Below, one piece after another: positions 40,401-48,471 of a stretch of DNA of 64,000 bases; the stretch's first letter is position 1, and every line of letters starts with the position of its first letter. The notes under the pieces are model-generated. The model saw only the letters and a program-made list of their open reading frames with translations, was not told where the DNA came from and made no database searches. Location of the stretch: NCBI GenBank assembly GCA_030648955.1, contig JAUSHB010000006.1, positions 11,866 to 75,865 of the forward strand, written 5' to 3'. The translations under genes and the position numbers were made by a program. Source of the stretch: a bacterium. Its GTDB lineage: Bacteria; Patescibacteriota; Minisyncoccia; Phycocordibacterales; JAUSHB01.

Positions 40401-40578
40401 CCGTGAACTCAAGTTCAAACTTTTTTTCCGAATAATCTTTGATGGGAGAAAACTCCTTGAATACTTCTGCGAGACCTTTCTCGATAAGCCATTGATACGA
40501 TTTTACTTGTGTATCCGTAAAATTTGGCAACTGTTCGAGAGCTTCTTTGTAACGTGAAAAATGTTTTTTTTCTCTCAT
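37408..40578 (-). CDS. rpoB: DNA-directed RNA polymerase beta subunit
   Basis: 1056 aa. Conserved beta-subunit blocks (e.g. ...[10 protein letters not shown]..., ...[27 protein letters not shown]...). Confidence 0.95.
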   Translation of the reverse strand: [1056 protein letters not shown]

Positions 40579-40999
40579 AACGCAAAAAATAAAAGGGGAT
40601 AAATCTTTTGTTGTCGTCGCTCGTTCGGAACCGCAAAACTTTATTTTGTGGTTCTCTCACATCGTTAGACAATAAACGCAAAAAGAAACCCTACCTTTTA
40701 ATTATGAAGGCTATTAAACTAGCTTATAATGCTAAGAATTTTTTTGCAAAATTATGCAAAAGCTAGACTCTTAATTACTGCGAAAAGTGAAATGTTTTAC
40801 ATTTCTTGCTTCATCGCAAATATGGGGAGAAATATGCAGAAATTCAGAAATAACTCAATCATTCAAGCGTTAGAGGGATTATACACTCGGTGTACTTTTT
40901 GTCAAATTTTTCTGGAAATCCTACTGGGGATAACGGCCAGGAATGCACTTTTGTTTGTATCGAGTTGTTCAATTCATGTGCGATTGGAGGATATGTTAA

Positions 41000-41716
41000 T
41001 TACATATCAGAAGCTAAGCGTTTTCTTTTCCACTCTTCTATTGCCTTGTGATTCCCCGATAGCAAGACTTTGGGAACCCGATATTTTTTACCTTTGTACT
41101 CCAAGATTTCAGGTCTTGTGTATACATCAGATGAAGTGATACGATGCTCTTCTATAGATTCATCTTTCCCAAGAACTCCGGAAATATGACGCGCTGTTGC
41201 GTCGATAACTATCGCCGAAGGTAGTTCCCCCCCTGTCAAAACATATGGGCCTATGGAGACTTCTTCGGCATGAAGTATTCTTTTTACCCGTGCATCTACT
41301 CCTTCATAACGTCCAGCAATGAGTATAATATCCGTATACCGTTTACTAATATTTATTGCATACGAATTGGTAAATTGTTTTCCAGAAGTGGCAAATAAAA
41401 TTACTTTTACTTTCCTGTTGGCTTTTTTCTTAATCTTTTTTTGAATCATTTCTACCGCATCAATGAGAGGTTTTGCTTGAAGTACCATACCAGGACCTCC
41501 TCCGTAAGGTCTATCATCTACCTTAAGATACTTTTTAGTCTTCGGTAATCCACTCAAAACCTTTTTTTGTCCACGCCGGTGAATAAAATCCCGAAGTTGA
41601 TATAACGAAATTGTTATAATCTTATGGTGTACCGCGCGCCCTAGAATAGAAGCTTGTAGATAGGGCTCAATCGCTTCTGGGAAAAGTGTGACTATGTGAA
41701 AATTAACTTGTGCCAT
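41000..41716 (-). CDS. trmD: tRNA (guanine37-N1)-methyltransferase TrmD
   Basis: MAQVNFHIVTLFPEAIEPYL... SPOUT-fold TrmD motifs (YGGGPGMV). Confidence 0.9.
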   Translation of the reverse strand: MAQVNFHIVTLFPEAIEPYLQASILGRAVHHKIITISLYQLRDFIHRRGQKKVLSGLPKTKKYLKVDDRPYGGGPGMVLQAKPLIDAVEMIQKKIKKKANRKVKVILFATSGKQFTNSYAINISKRYTDIILIAGRYEGVDARVKRILHAEEVSIGPYVLTGGELPSAIVIDATARHISGVLGKDESIEEHRITSSDVYTRPEILEYKGKKYRVPKVLLSGNHKAIEEWKRKRLASDM

Positions 41717-42001
41717 ACTACAAACCCTTTAAATAGTCCGCCCAAGGCGAATTACTGCAGGATAAAGAAACTATATCATCGGAGAAAAAATCCACAAGAA
41801 ACCGCTGGTCCGAGCTCAACATCATTTGATTTTGTACAGCCACTACTCCCCCAGTTCATCCTTTGCTTTAATAATTGGGATAAAAGTGAGTGTGAATAAT
41901 GTTAAATGGGGGAAAATAGGGAGATAGTGTATGATATGCGTAAGATATATATGGCTCAATGTACGTGGTAACCAGGAAGAAGATTTCACCTAAAAATACA
42001 T

Positions 42002-42709
42002 ATGAAAAAATTAGAATCCAACAATAGACAAGAAATTACCACATTGACCAAAAAAGGAAGCCGAGTAAATTGGGACAGTAAAACTCTAGGATTTACCCTT
42101 ATTGAACTTTTGGTTGTTATCGCCATCATTGGTATTCTCGCGTCTGTTGTTCTTGCATCGCTTAATAGTGCACGCGCAAAAGCGCGAGATAGTGAGCGAG
42201 TTCAAACAATGCGCGCATTTAAAACTGCATTGGAACTATATTACACTGATTTTGGTAAGTACCCCAATGATGGTTCAAATGCCCCACTCGAGGGGTTTTC
42301 ATACCACAAATACAACGCGGGCACTTGCGCTCTTGGTGATTGGTATGACCAATCAGTACCAGCCGACAGTGTTTGGATCGATAACAGTGTATCGGTTGGA
42401 TTTATTTCAGAATTATTTAATGGCGGTTACATAAGTAAATCAGCTTGGCATGATCCATCAAATCCAACAAGTAATAGCGATGCATTTAATTGTCGATATA
42501 TTTTTCTTGAAACTGAGGGAACTGCAGGTAATGTGCAAAAATATCTCCTCCACTGCAATCTTGAAAGCGGTACTACTCTGGAATCAAATGATGGCGGTTT
42601 TAACAATACGGTATATGAAATCATGATGCCTGAACCATGGATCTGTATCTGCGGGCAGGATGGCAAGGGAGGAGCCACAGTATCCCCAATGTCTGCGGGA
42701 TCGTGTTAG
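42002..42709 (+). CDS. Type IV pilin / pseudopilin. Paralogue of 21244-21873 with a divergent head
   Basis: ...KTLG|FTLIELLVVIAIIGILASVVLASLN. 26 N-terminal mature residues are identical to the other pilin. Cys-containing, divergent C-terminal domain. About 30-aa leader. Confidence 0.75.
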   Translation: MKKLESNNRQEITTLTKKGSRVNWDSKTLGFTLIELLVVIAIIGILASVVLASLNSARAKARDSERVQTMRAFKTALELYYTDFGKYPNDGSNAPLEGFSYHKYNAGTCALGDWYDQSVPADSVWIDNSVSVGFISELFNGGYISKSAWHDPSNPTSNSDAFNCRYIFLETEGTAGNVQKYLLHCNLESGTTLESNDGGFNNTVYEIMMPEPWICICGQDGKGGATVSPMSAGSC

Positions 42710-42736
42710 GCAACTCGTACAACCATCTTTATTTTC

Positions 42737-42766
42737 AAAACCCGCCCCATTTCTGGGGCGGGTTTT
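42737..42766. terminator. Bidirectional intrinsic terminator between the pilin (+) and the KH-protein gene (-)
   Basis: aaaacccgcccc-atttct-ggggcgggtttt. Confidence 0.75.
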
Positions 42767-42780
42767 GAAAATAAAACACT

Positions 42781-43110
42781 TTAAATCTTGAGATCTTCTA
42801 TCACTCGATCGACATCACTTGAACTAGTGCGTGCTGCCATCATTTTGCCACCTTCGGGTTCACTAATTTTGAGGTTGACTCGGGCGTTATTCTTGATACC
42901 CACAACACGAAGCAATGTTCTGATTGCCTTTGCGGTATTACCGGATCGACCGATAATTTTTCCCATATCAACCTGATCGACATCGAGCGTGAGAAGAACT
43001 CCCATCTCATCGACTTCCCTCTTGACCTTCACTTTGTCAGGAACATCAACAAGGGCTTTGATAACATATTCCAAAAATTCAACATCTCTCTCTTTAGCCA
43101 TTGTATTCAA
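42781..43110 (-). CDS. KH-domain RNA-binding protein (YlqC/UPF0109 family)
   Basis: ...VDMGKIIGRSGNTAKAIRTLL... KH GXXG loop. Conserved position after rpsP. Confidence 0.8.
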   Translation of the reverse strand: MNTMAKERDVEFLEYVIKALVDVPDKVKVKREVDEMGVLLTLDVDQVDMGKIIGRSGNTAKAIRTLLRVVGIKNNARVNLKISEPEGGKMMAARTSSSDVDRVIEDLKI

Positions 43111-43161
43111 TCTTTCAAACTCTATCTAATAAATTCTTTGCAGATTTTCGACCGTTCTATC

Positions 43162-43189
43162 ATTATATTTCTTGCATATTGTATGTCAA
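43162..43189 (-). promoter_or_regulatory. Near-consensus sigma-70 promoter for the KH-protein gene
   Basis: Minus strand reads TTGACA-16 nt-TATAAT (TTGACA = rc of 43184-43189; TATAAT = rc of 43162-43167). Confidence 0.5.
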
Positions 43190-43191
43190 TA

Positions 43192-43213
43192 AAAAGGGGC
43201 ATGAGCCCCTTTT
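43192..43213 (-). terminator. Hairpin immediately downstream of rpsP (terminator or attenuator)
   Basis: aaaaggggc-atga-gcccctttt abuts the rpsP stop. On the minus strand it is followed by ttttatt. Confidence 0.5.
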
Positions 43214-43214
43214 G

Positions 43215-43589
43215 TTAAGATTTTACTTCTACGTCTCTTTGTTTTTCTTCGATTACTACCGGAGTTGCTTGGGTCTCCCCTGCTACTTCGGGAGCCGCCG
43301 CTTCGTCTTTCTTGGGAGGGCTTTTGCGGGGGAGAACATTGATTTTCTTTCCACTCGTAATTTTTTCATTAATCAGGAGATTGTGGACTGTGGGAGACAC
43401 TTTGGCGCCGACAGAGACCCAATATTTTACTCGGTCTGCTTTAATTTCCGGCTTACCGAAGCGGGCATTGTATGAGCCGAGCACTTCGAGAAATTTGCCA
43501 CTTTTTGTTGAATTTTTTGAGTCAGTCAAAACAACCCGAAACGATGGGTCATTTTTCCTTCCTACTCTTTGCAGTCGTACCATTAACAT
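43215..43589 (-). CDS. rpsP: 30S ribosomal protein S16
   Basis: True start at the internal Met: MLMVRLQRVGRKNDPSFRVVLTDSKNSTKSGKFLEVLGSYN matches the S16 N-terminus. The upstream part of the listed ORF is spurious. Confidence 0.85.
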   Translation of the reverse strand: MLMVRLQRVGRKNDPSFRVVLTDSKNSTKSGKFLEVLGSYNARFGKPEIKADRVKYWVSVGAKVSPTVHNLLINEKITSGKKINVLPRKSPPKKDEAAAPEVAGETQATPVVIEEKQRDVEVKS

Positions 43590-43718
43590 AGTGAGCTCTA
43601 ATATAACAGAAGGTGCTTTAAAGTCAACTTTTTGTGAGCTTCTACTTCCAAAACTCCAGAAACTTCTGCAACAAAAAAATCTATTGAAGCTATTCAAGTT
43701 AGGGGATATAATCACAGA

Positions 43719-43991
43719 ATGATGGATCTAAAATTATTTCTCATAAATAACAATATCATTCAAGAAGGAATGTCTGTTGATTTTTGGGTACACCCCAAAT
43801 ACCTTTGGATGGGCTTGGGGGTCATGCTAGTTTTGTTTGCAACTATAAGTTTCGTGTTGGTGTATCATTGGACTACTTATGGATATAAACCACTCACAAC
43901 GAGTTTTATGGGAGCTATTTTTTTTTCAATTTCCCTCATCTTCTTCTCCATTATTCTTATTACTCTTCTTGGATATAGCACAACGACATGA
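43719..43991 (+). CDS. Small two-TM hypothetical membrane protein
   Basis: 90 aa with two hydrophobic helices. Overlaps the next gene with ATGA coupling. Confidence 0.4.
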   Translation: MMDLKLFLINNNIIQEGMSVDFWVHPKYLWMGLGVMLVLFATISFVLVYHWTTYGYKPLTTSFMGAIFFSISLIFFSIILITLLGYSTTT

Positions 43992-44539
43992 TTACTCTCG
44001 ACAAAGACGAACACATTATTATTGAGGTACGAAAACATTGGTTCATATTTATGGCGCAATCACTACCGCTTGTGTTTCTTGTTTTTCTACCGTTCGTGAT
44101 TAATATATTGATACGTGGTGCAGGACTCTCGGATGTTGTGGTTTTAGGCAAGCATGCTCAATTGTTTATCACTATGGTCACAGCAACATGGATGTGGATT
44201 ATTTGGGTGGCATTTTTTGTTCTTTGGACTGATTATTATCTCGATATTCTTATGCTCACCAACAAGCGAATCATCGACATCGAACAGAAGGGATTATTCT
44301 CTCGGGGAATTTCTACATTTCGCCTTGATCGCATACAAGATATAACCGTGAACGTTAATGGAATTATACCGACATTTTTTAATTTTGGAGACATTCATAT
44401 TCAAACTGCCGGTGAAGTACCAGAGATTAGTGTTAAGAGTATCCCCAATCCGCACAACGTGCGTGAAATCGTTACGAAAGCACAAGATGAGGTGATTGAA
44501 AAATTGCGGGTGGTGAAAATAGACAGCGAAGAAAAATAA
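43988..44539 (+). CDS. Bacterial PH-domain (bPH_2/YdbS-YdbT-like) membrane protein
   Basis: Two N-terminal TM helices. C-terminal LTNKRIIDIEQKGLFSRGISTFRLDRIQDI is typical of bPH_2. Confidence 0.6.
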   Translation: MITLDKDEHIIIEVRKHWFIFMAQSLPLVFLVFLPFVINILIRGAGLSDVVVLGKHAQLFITMVTATWMWIIWVAFFVLWTDYYLDILMLTNKRIIDIEQKGLFSRGISTFRLDRIQDITVNVNGIIPTFFNFGDIHIQTAGEVPEISVKSIPNPHNVREIVTKAQDEVIEKLRVVKIDSEEK

Positions 44540-44541
44540 AA

Positions 44542-44569
44542 AACGGCGTGCACATCGTGCACGCCGTTA
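44542..44569 (-). terminator. Intrinsic terminator for the clpP-like gene
   Basis: aacggcgtgcac-atcg-gtgcacgccgtt. U-run on the minus strand (rc of aaaaataaaaa). Confidence 0.65.
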
Positions 44570-44582
44570 CCAATATTGCGAA

Positions 44583-45188
44583 CTAGATTACTTCATCCAC
44601 GAGACCAAATTCAAGGGCTTCCTCTGACCGAAAATCTTTTTCTTTATTTAGTACGTGAATAATTTCAATGGGTTCACGTTTTGTTCGTTCAGAAAAGATT
44701 TTTATAATTTCTTTTTGTACTTCGAACCCTGGAGCAAGCGATTCTTTAATCTTTTCCCAATCTTCAATACCATACGGATTTTCTTTGTCAGGATCAAGCA
44801 TGAATAACTTGGTCGAATCTTTGGAAGCATTATGCACACCGATTATGGAGTTACGTGCAATTTTCCGAACATGACATGCTTGAAGGACGACAGCCGCTAT
44901 TGAATTAGCTACTCCCGATACCATGCCGATAACGGGAGCATCCGACAGTCTTATCTTATCGCAAAGATCAAGTCCTTGACGAGCACCTCCACCAGTACTG
45001 GTGATATGAAGTTCGATTGGGTCGTTCTTACTCATGGCATTTAAATACGTAAGAGAAGATAAGATCCATAATGTGGACTTGCTATCTACCTCACGCAAGT
45101 ACAGTTGCCGTTTTTCGAGAAGCTCTTTGTTGAATAACGTTTCAAGCTCTTCTTTTGTGTTTTCCACAGACCCTCCTGTAAAGTTCAA
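44583..45188 (-). CDS. clpP: ClpP-family (S14) serine protease subunit
   Basis: Alignable to ClpP. Ser in GMVSGVANSIAAV (GxAxSxxA). His in IGVHNAS. C-terminal ...EEALEFGLVDEVI. Confidence 0.75.
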   Translation of the reverse strand: MNFTGGSVENTKEELETLFNKELLEKRQLYLREVDSKSTLWILSSLTYLNAMSKNDPIELHITSTGGGARQGLDLCDKIRLSDAPVIGMVSGVANSIAAVVLQACHVRKIARNSIIGVHNASKDSTKLFMLDPDKENPYGIEDWEKIKESLAPGFEVQKEIIKIFSERTKREPIEIIHVLNKEKDFRSEEALEFGLVDEVI

Positions 45189-45259
45189 ATTTGTGCTACA
45201 ATTAGAGTGGCATAAATATTAAGTTATGTCAATGGATATTATTAAATAATTTTTACAAT

Positions 45260-45430
45260 ATGTTTGAAGGAATATTAGGAAAAAAAGAACCTGAGGGCGG
45301 ATTTAAAAATGAGAAACCCATGTACGTGGGTGAGAATGTTGTTGATCCAGCAACAGGTGAGGTGGTAAAACCAGAAGAACTCAAGAAAAGAAATGAGGGA
45401 CGAGCATCGTCCGGCAGAGAACAAGTGTAG
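45260..45430 (+). CDS. Possible small protein (56 aa), unlisted sub-threshold ORF
   Basis: MFEGILGKKEPEGGFKNEKPMYVGENVVDPATGEVVKPEELKKRNEGRASSGREQV. Strong terminator follows directly. No clear RBS. Confidence 0.25.
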   Translation: MFEGILGKKEPEGGFKNEKPMYVGENVVDPATGEVVKPEELKKRNEGRASSGREQV

Positions 45431-45450
45431 ACGATAAAAACCACTTAAAA

Positions 45451-45478
45451 AAACATCCGCCTTGGCGGATGTTTTTTT
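45451..45478. terminator. Bidirectional intrinsic terminator
   Basis: aaacatccgcc-ttg-ggcggatgttt followed by tttttt. A-run upstream. Confidence 0.7.
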
Positions 45479-45505
45479 AATATACGTGCTCCCCCCTTCT
45501 TGTAT

Positions 45506-46033
45506 CTACTGCGTCGCACTTCCCTCGTATAAGAAAGAATCGTCAACTGTTGTATTTGTTGTTGTGGTAGAAATTGGCGCAATACTTTTTACGTCGGATT
45601 TTCCCGCCTGCTGTTGCGCGGACAGGTCAGTTATCTTTAGTGCCGCAAGAACTCCATCAAGTTTAAGAGAAACGCGAGCATCTTTGCTTGCCTTAAATGT
45701 TACCTCAAATGGGGTTTGGGTAATCACCTGCGCACAAAAACTTGAAGCGCCCTGTTCATTGAGATCAATAGTGACTTGTTCCGGATATGATTCCATGACG
45801 GTCACTTGCGATACTAATTCATGACACGGGGTGGGAACCGTTAGGATACCCCTGTAAACATGAATGCCATTTTCAAAATAATGATCTACGGGGATTATGC
45901 GAACAATGCCTGATGCTTCATTTTTTGTTGGTTCAATTGTTTTTTCTTGCGACACATAGAGCATTATTCCGCCCGCCGCAAAAACAACAAGAATTCCAAA
46001 TGCAATAATTTCTTTTTTAGTCAATGTAATCAT
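45506..46033 (-). CDS. Membrane-anchored hypothetical protein
   Basis: Probable start MITLTKKEIIAFGILVVFAAGGIMLYV (TM). About 150-aa extracytoplasmic part with a Thr-rich tail. Confidence 0.5.
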   Translation of the reverse strand: MITLTKKEIIAFGILVVFAAGGIMLYVSQEKTIEPTKNEASGIVRIIPVDHYFENGIHVYRGILTVPTPCHELVSQVTVMESYPEQVTIDLNEQGASSFCAQVITQTPFEVTFKASKDARVSLKLDGVLAALKITDLSAQQQAGKSDVKSIAPISTTTTNTTVDDSFLYEGSATQ

Positions 46034-46166
46034 ACAAAAAATCCCAGAAGTAATGTAGTTTGATGATATCATGCAGTGAAAGAAAAATCGAGCTTTCACA
46101 GATATTTAAAACACAGCCCTTTCGTTCAGTTGGAAAAGTTCCCTTAAATACGGTAGGATAGGGGCT

Positions 46167-48140
46167 ATGTATAAGGAAGCTCAAAATAACCCTCCCCATA
46201 AGGACGATAAATCCTCTGCACTTGAAGGAATCATTGGTATTACCCCTAAGGGAATTGGGTATGTAAAAATTCCCGACAGAGAAGAGGATATCGAGGTTGC
46301 TTCGCTGTTTCTCAATACCGCACTTCATCGAGATACGGTACGCGTCATTCTCCATCCGCAAACTCCCGGCGAGCGTGTTCAAGGCGAGGTGGTCGAGATA
46401 CTCACCAGAAATAAAATGGAATATGTTGGTGTTCTCGAACGCCATCAGGATTTTTATTTTCTTGTTCCACAAGATATGCGGATGTATGTCGACATCATTG
46501 TTCCCGCTTCAAAAGCGCTCGGTGCGGAACATGGGGAAAAAGTGCTTGTGGCGATTACGAGCTGGAATGATCCCAAAAAAAGCCCTGAAGGCGAAGTGAT
46601 CAAAGTTATCGGCAAACCCGGCGACAACAATGTCGAGATGGAGGCCATTGTGCTTGATACCGGTCTTCGTCCTGATTTTCCAGAAAAAGCATTAAGAGAA
46701 GCTGGAGCAATCAAAAAAAATGAGGAGACGGAGTTTAAACGCGACATTGAGTTACGACGCGATATGCGCAATGTTACCACCTTCACGATCGACCCCGTTG
46801 ACGCAAAAGACTTCGACGATGCATTGTCGTACCAGAAACTCCCTGATGGAACAATTGAGATCGGCATCCATATCGCTGATGTATCCCATTACTTGCGTCC
46901 CGACACTGACTTGGATATAGAAGCGGCGCGCAGGGGTAATTCGATTTATCTTGTCGACCGCACCATCCCCATGCTCCCTGAAGTTCTTTCAAACGACCTT
47001 TGCAGTCTCAATCCAAATGAAGACAAGCTCACCTTTGCCGCAATATTTACGTTTGGGAAAGACACGCTTGAGAAGGGCACTCCGCACATTACCAGCGAGT
47101 GGTTCGGGAAAACGATCATCAATTCAGATAAACGATTCAGTTATGAAGAGGCGCAAGGTGTACTTGATGACGGGAAGGGGATTTTTTATGACGAGCTTTT
47201 GATACTCAATAATCTCGCGAAAAAACTCCGCAAAAAACGCGAGGAGGATGGTGCGCTTTCATTCGAACACGAAGAAGTACGATTTGAACTTGATGCAACT
47301 GGCAAACCGCTTCGCGTATACAAAAAAATAATGCAGGATACCAATAAGCTCGTCGAAGAATTCATGCTTCTGGCGAATAAACAGGTAGCGCGTCGTGTTC
47401 ATGAACTCGGCAAGAAAGAAGAAAAACTTTTCGTCTATCGCGTCCACGACGAGCCGGATCAGGAAAAGATCAGTGACTTGATTGAATTCCTCAACAAGCT
47501 TGGCTATAACATTAAGATAAAAAATAAAAATGTGTCATCAAAAGATCTCAATGGGATTTTGAAAATGGCGGAAGGGCGTGCGGAAAAGGATATGATACAG
47601 ACTGCCGCGGTTCGCTCAATGGCAAAAGCGATCTACTCAACAAAAAATATCGGGCATTACGGCCTTGCATTTGAATACTACACGCACTTCACCTCCCCTA
47701 TTCGCCGTTATGCGGACGTGATGGTACATCGCTTACTTGAGAGCTATCTCGCGGGCAAGCATCCGTCGCAAGAAGAACTCCGCCGCTATCAGAGCCTTGC
47801 AAATTACACATCGCAGACAGAACAACTGGCGACGACCGCAGAACGTACATCAATCAAATACAAGCAGGTTGAATATATGACCGAGCGCGTTGGAAAAACA
47901 TTTGACGGCGTTATTTCAGGCATAACGCAATGGGGTCTTTATATCGAAGAAAAAGAAACGAAAGCGGAAGGAATGATCCGCCTGCGCGATATGACCGACG
48001 ACTTCTACGAATTTGATAAAAAACATTTCAGTATGGTGGGACAAAAAAAGAAAAAACGGTACCGCCTCGGCGATGCCGTGAAAGTAAAAGTGAAGCGCGC
48101 AAGTCTCGATGAGCGGCAGATTGATTATGTGTTTGTGTAG
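46167..48140 (+). CDS. rnr: Ribonuclease R / RNase II-family 3'-5' exoribonuclease
   Basis: RNB motif FTIDPVDAKDFDDALS. N-terminal cold-shock-like domains. C-terminal S1 domain. Confidence 0.9.
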   Translation: MYKEAQNNPPHKDDKSSALEGIIGITPKGIGYVKIPDREEDIEVASLFLNTALHRDTVRVILHPQTPGERVQGEVVEILTRNKMEYVGVLERHQDFYFLVPQDMRMYVDIIVPASKALGAEHGEKVLVAITSWNDPKKSPEGEVIKVIGKPGDNNVEMEAIVLDTGLRPDFPEKALREAGAIKKNEETEFKRDIELRRDMRNVTTFTIDPVDAKDFDDALSYQKLPDGTIEIGIHIADVSHYLRPDTDLDIEAARRGNSIYLVDRTIPMLPEVLSNDLCSLNPNEDKLTFAAIFTFGKDTLEKGTPHITSEWFGKTIINSDKRFSYEEAQGVLDDGKGIFYDELLILNNLAKKLRKKREEDGALSFEHEEVRFELDATGKPLRVYKKIMQDTNKLVEEFMLLANKQVARRVHELGKKEEKLFVYRVHDEPDQEKISDLIEFLNKLGYNIKIKNKNVSSKDLNGILKMAEGRAEKDMIQTAAVRSMAKAIYSTKNIGHYGLAFEYYTHFTSPIRRYADVMVHRLLESYLAGKHPSQEELRRYQSLANYTSQTEQLATTAERTSIKYKQVEYMTERVGKTFDGVISGITQWGLYIEEKETKAEGMIRLRDMTDDFYEFDKKHFSMVGQKKKKRYRLGDAVKVKVKRASLDERQIDYVFV

Positions 48141-48157
48141 GTAACTAACAACATTTA

Positions 48158-48209
48158 CCAAGGACTGTCCTTGGTGTTTCGGTCCTTGGTGTTTCGTCCT
48201 TGGTGTTTC
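48158..48209. repeat. Palindrome (ccaaggac/gtccttgg) followed by three tandem copies of tccttggtgtttc
   Basis: Read directly: the palindrome, then copies at 48168-48180, 48183-48195 and 48197-48209. Confidence 0.8.
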
Positions 48210-48212
48210 TGA

Positions 48213-48386
48213 GTGATCGAATCAGTTCTTGTTGGCGATATTGCTCGTCTTGATGTTAAAAAATTGAAGGGTGAAAAGAATGTGTTTCGTATTCGCATTG
48301 GCGATTTGCGTATTATTTTCACGTACAAAAAGAACTTGCCTCGTATTGTTTCCATTGAGCGCCGAAACGACACAACGTATCGTTAG
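48213..48386 (+). pseudogene. 5'-truncated RelE/ParE-family toxin gene remnant
   Basis: Translation ...NVFRIRIGDLRIIFTYKKNLPRIVSIERRNDTTYR* matches the C-terminal half of RelE/ParE toxins. Compare YRFRIGDYRVTFDVENDTAKILKVGHRKDMYR in the intact toxin at 49194-49445. No N-terminal half and no antitoxin. Confidence 0.5.
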
Positions 48387-48414
48387 CGGTAAATTACTCC
48401 CATCAACCAACTAC

Positions 48415-48448
48415 CACAGATTTCAAGCTATAGCTTGAAATCTGTGGT
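48415..48448. repeat. Perfect 34-bp palindrome
   Basis: ccacagatttcaagcta|tagcttgaaatctgtgg. Confidence 0.85.
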
Positions 48449-48471
48449 ACCCATATCCCCTATTCTTATGA

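Noticed and set aside
40729-41139. Plus-strand 136-aa ORF overlapping the trmD 3' end
   Set aside because: Overlaps a well-supported gene on the opposite strand. No motifs. Likely spurious.
43590-43715. N-terminal 42 aa of the listed ORF 43215-43715
   Set aside because: The S16 homology starts at the internal Met (MLMVRLQRVGRK...). The upstream extension (MIISPNLNSF...) has no support and overlaps the promoter region.
48167-48209. Possible CRISPR-like array
   Set aside because: Only three 14-15-nt tandem units with no spacers. Not a CRISPR array. Recorded as a simple tandem repeat.
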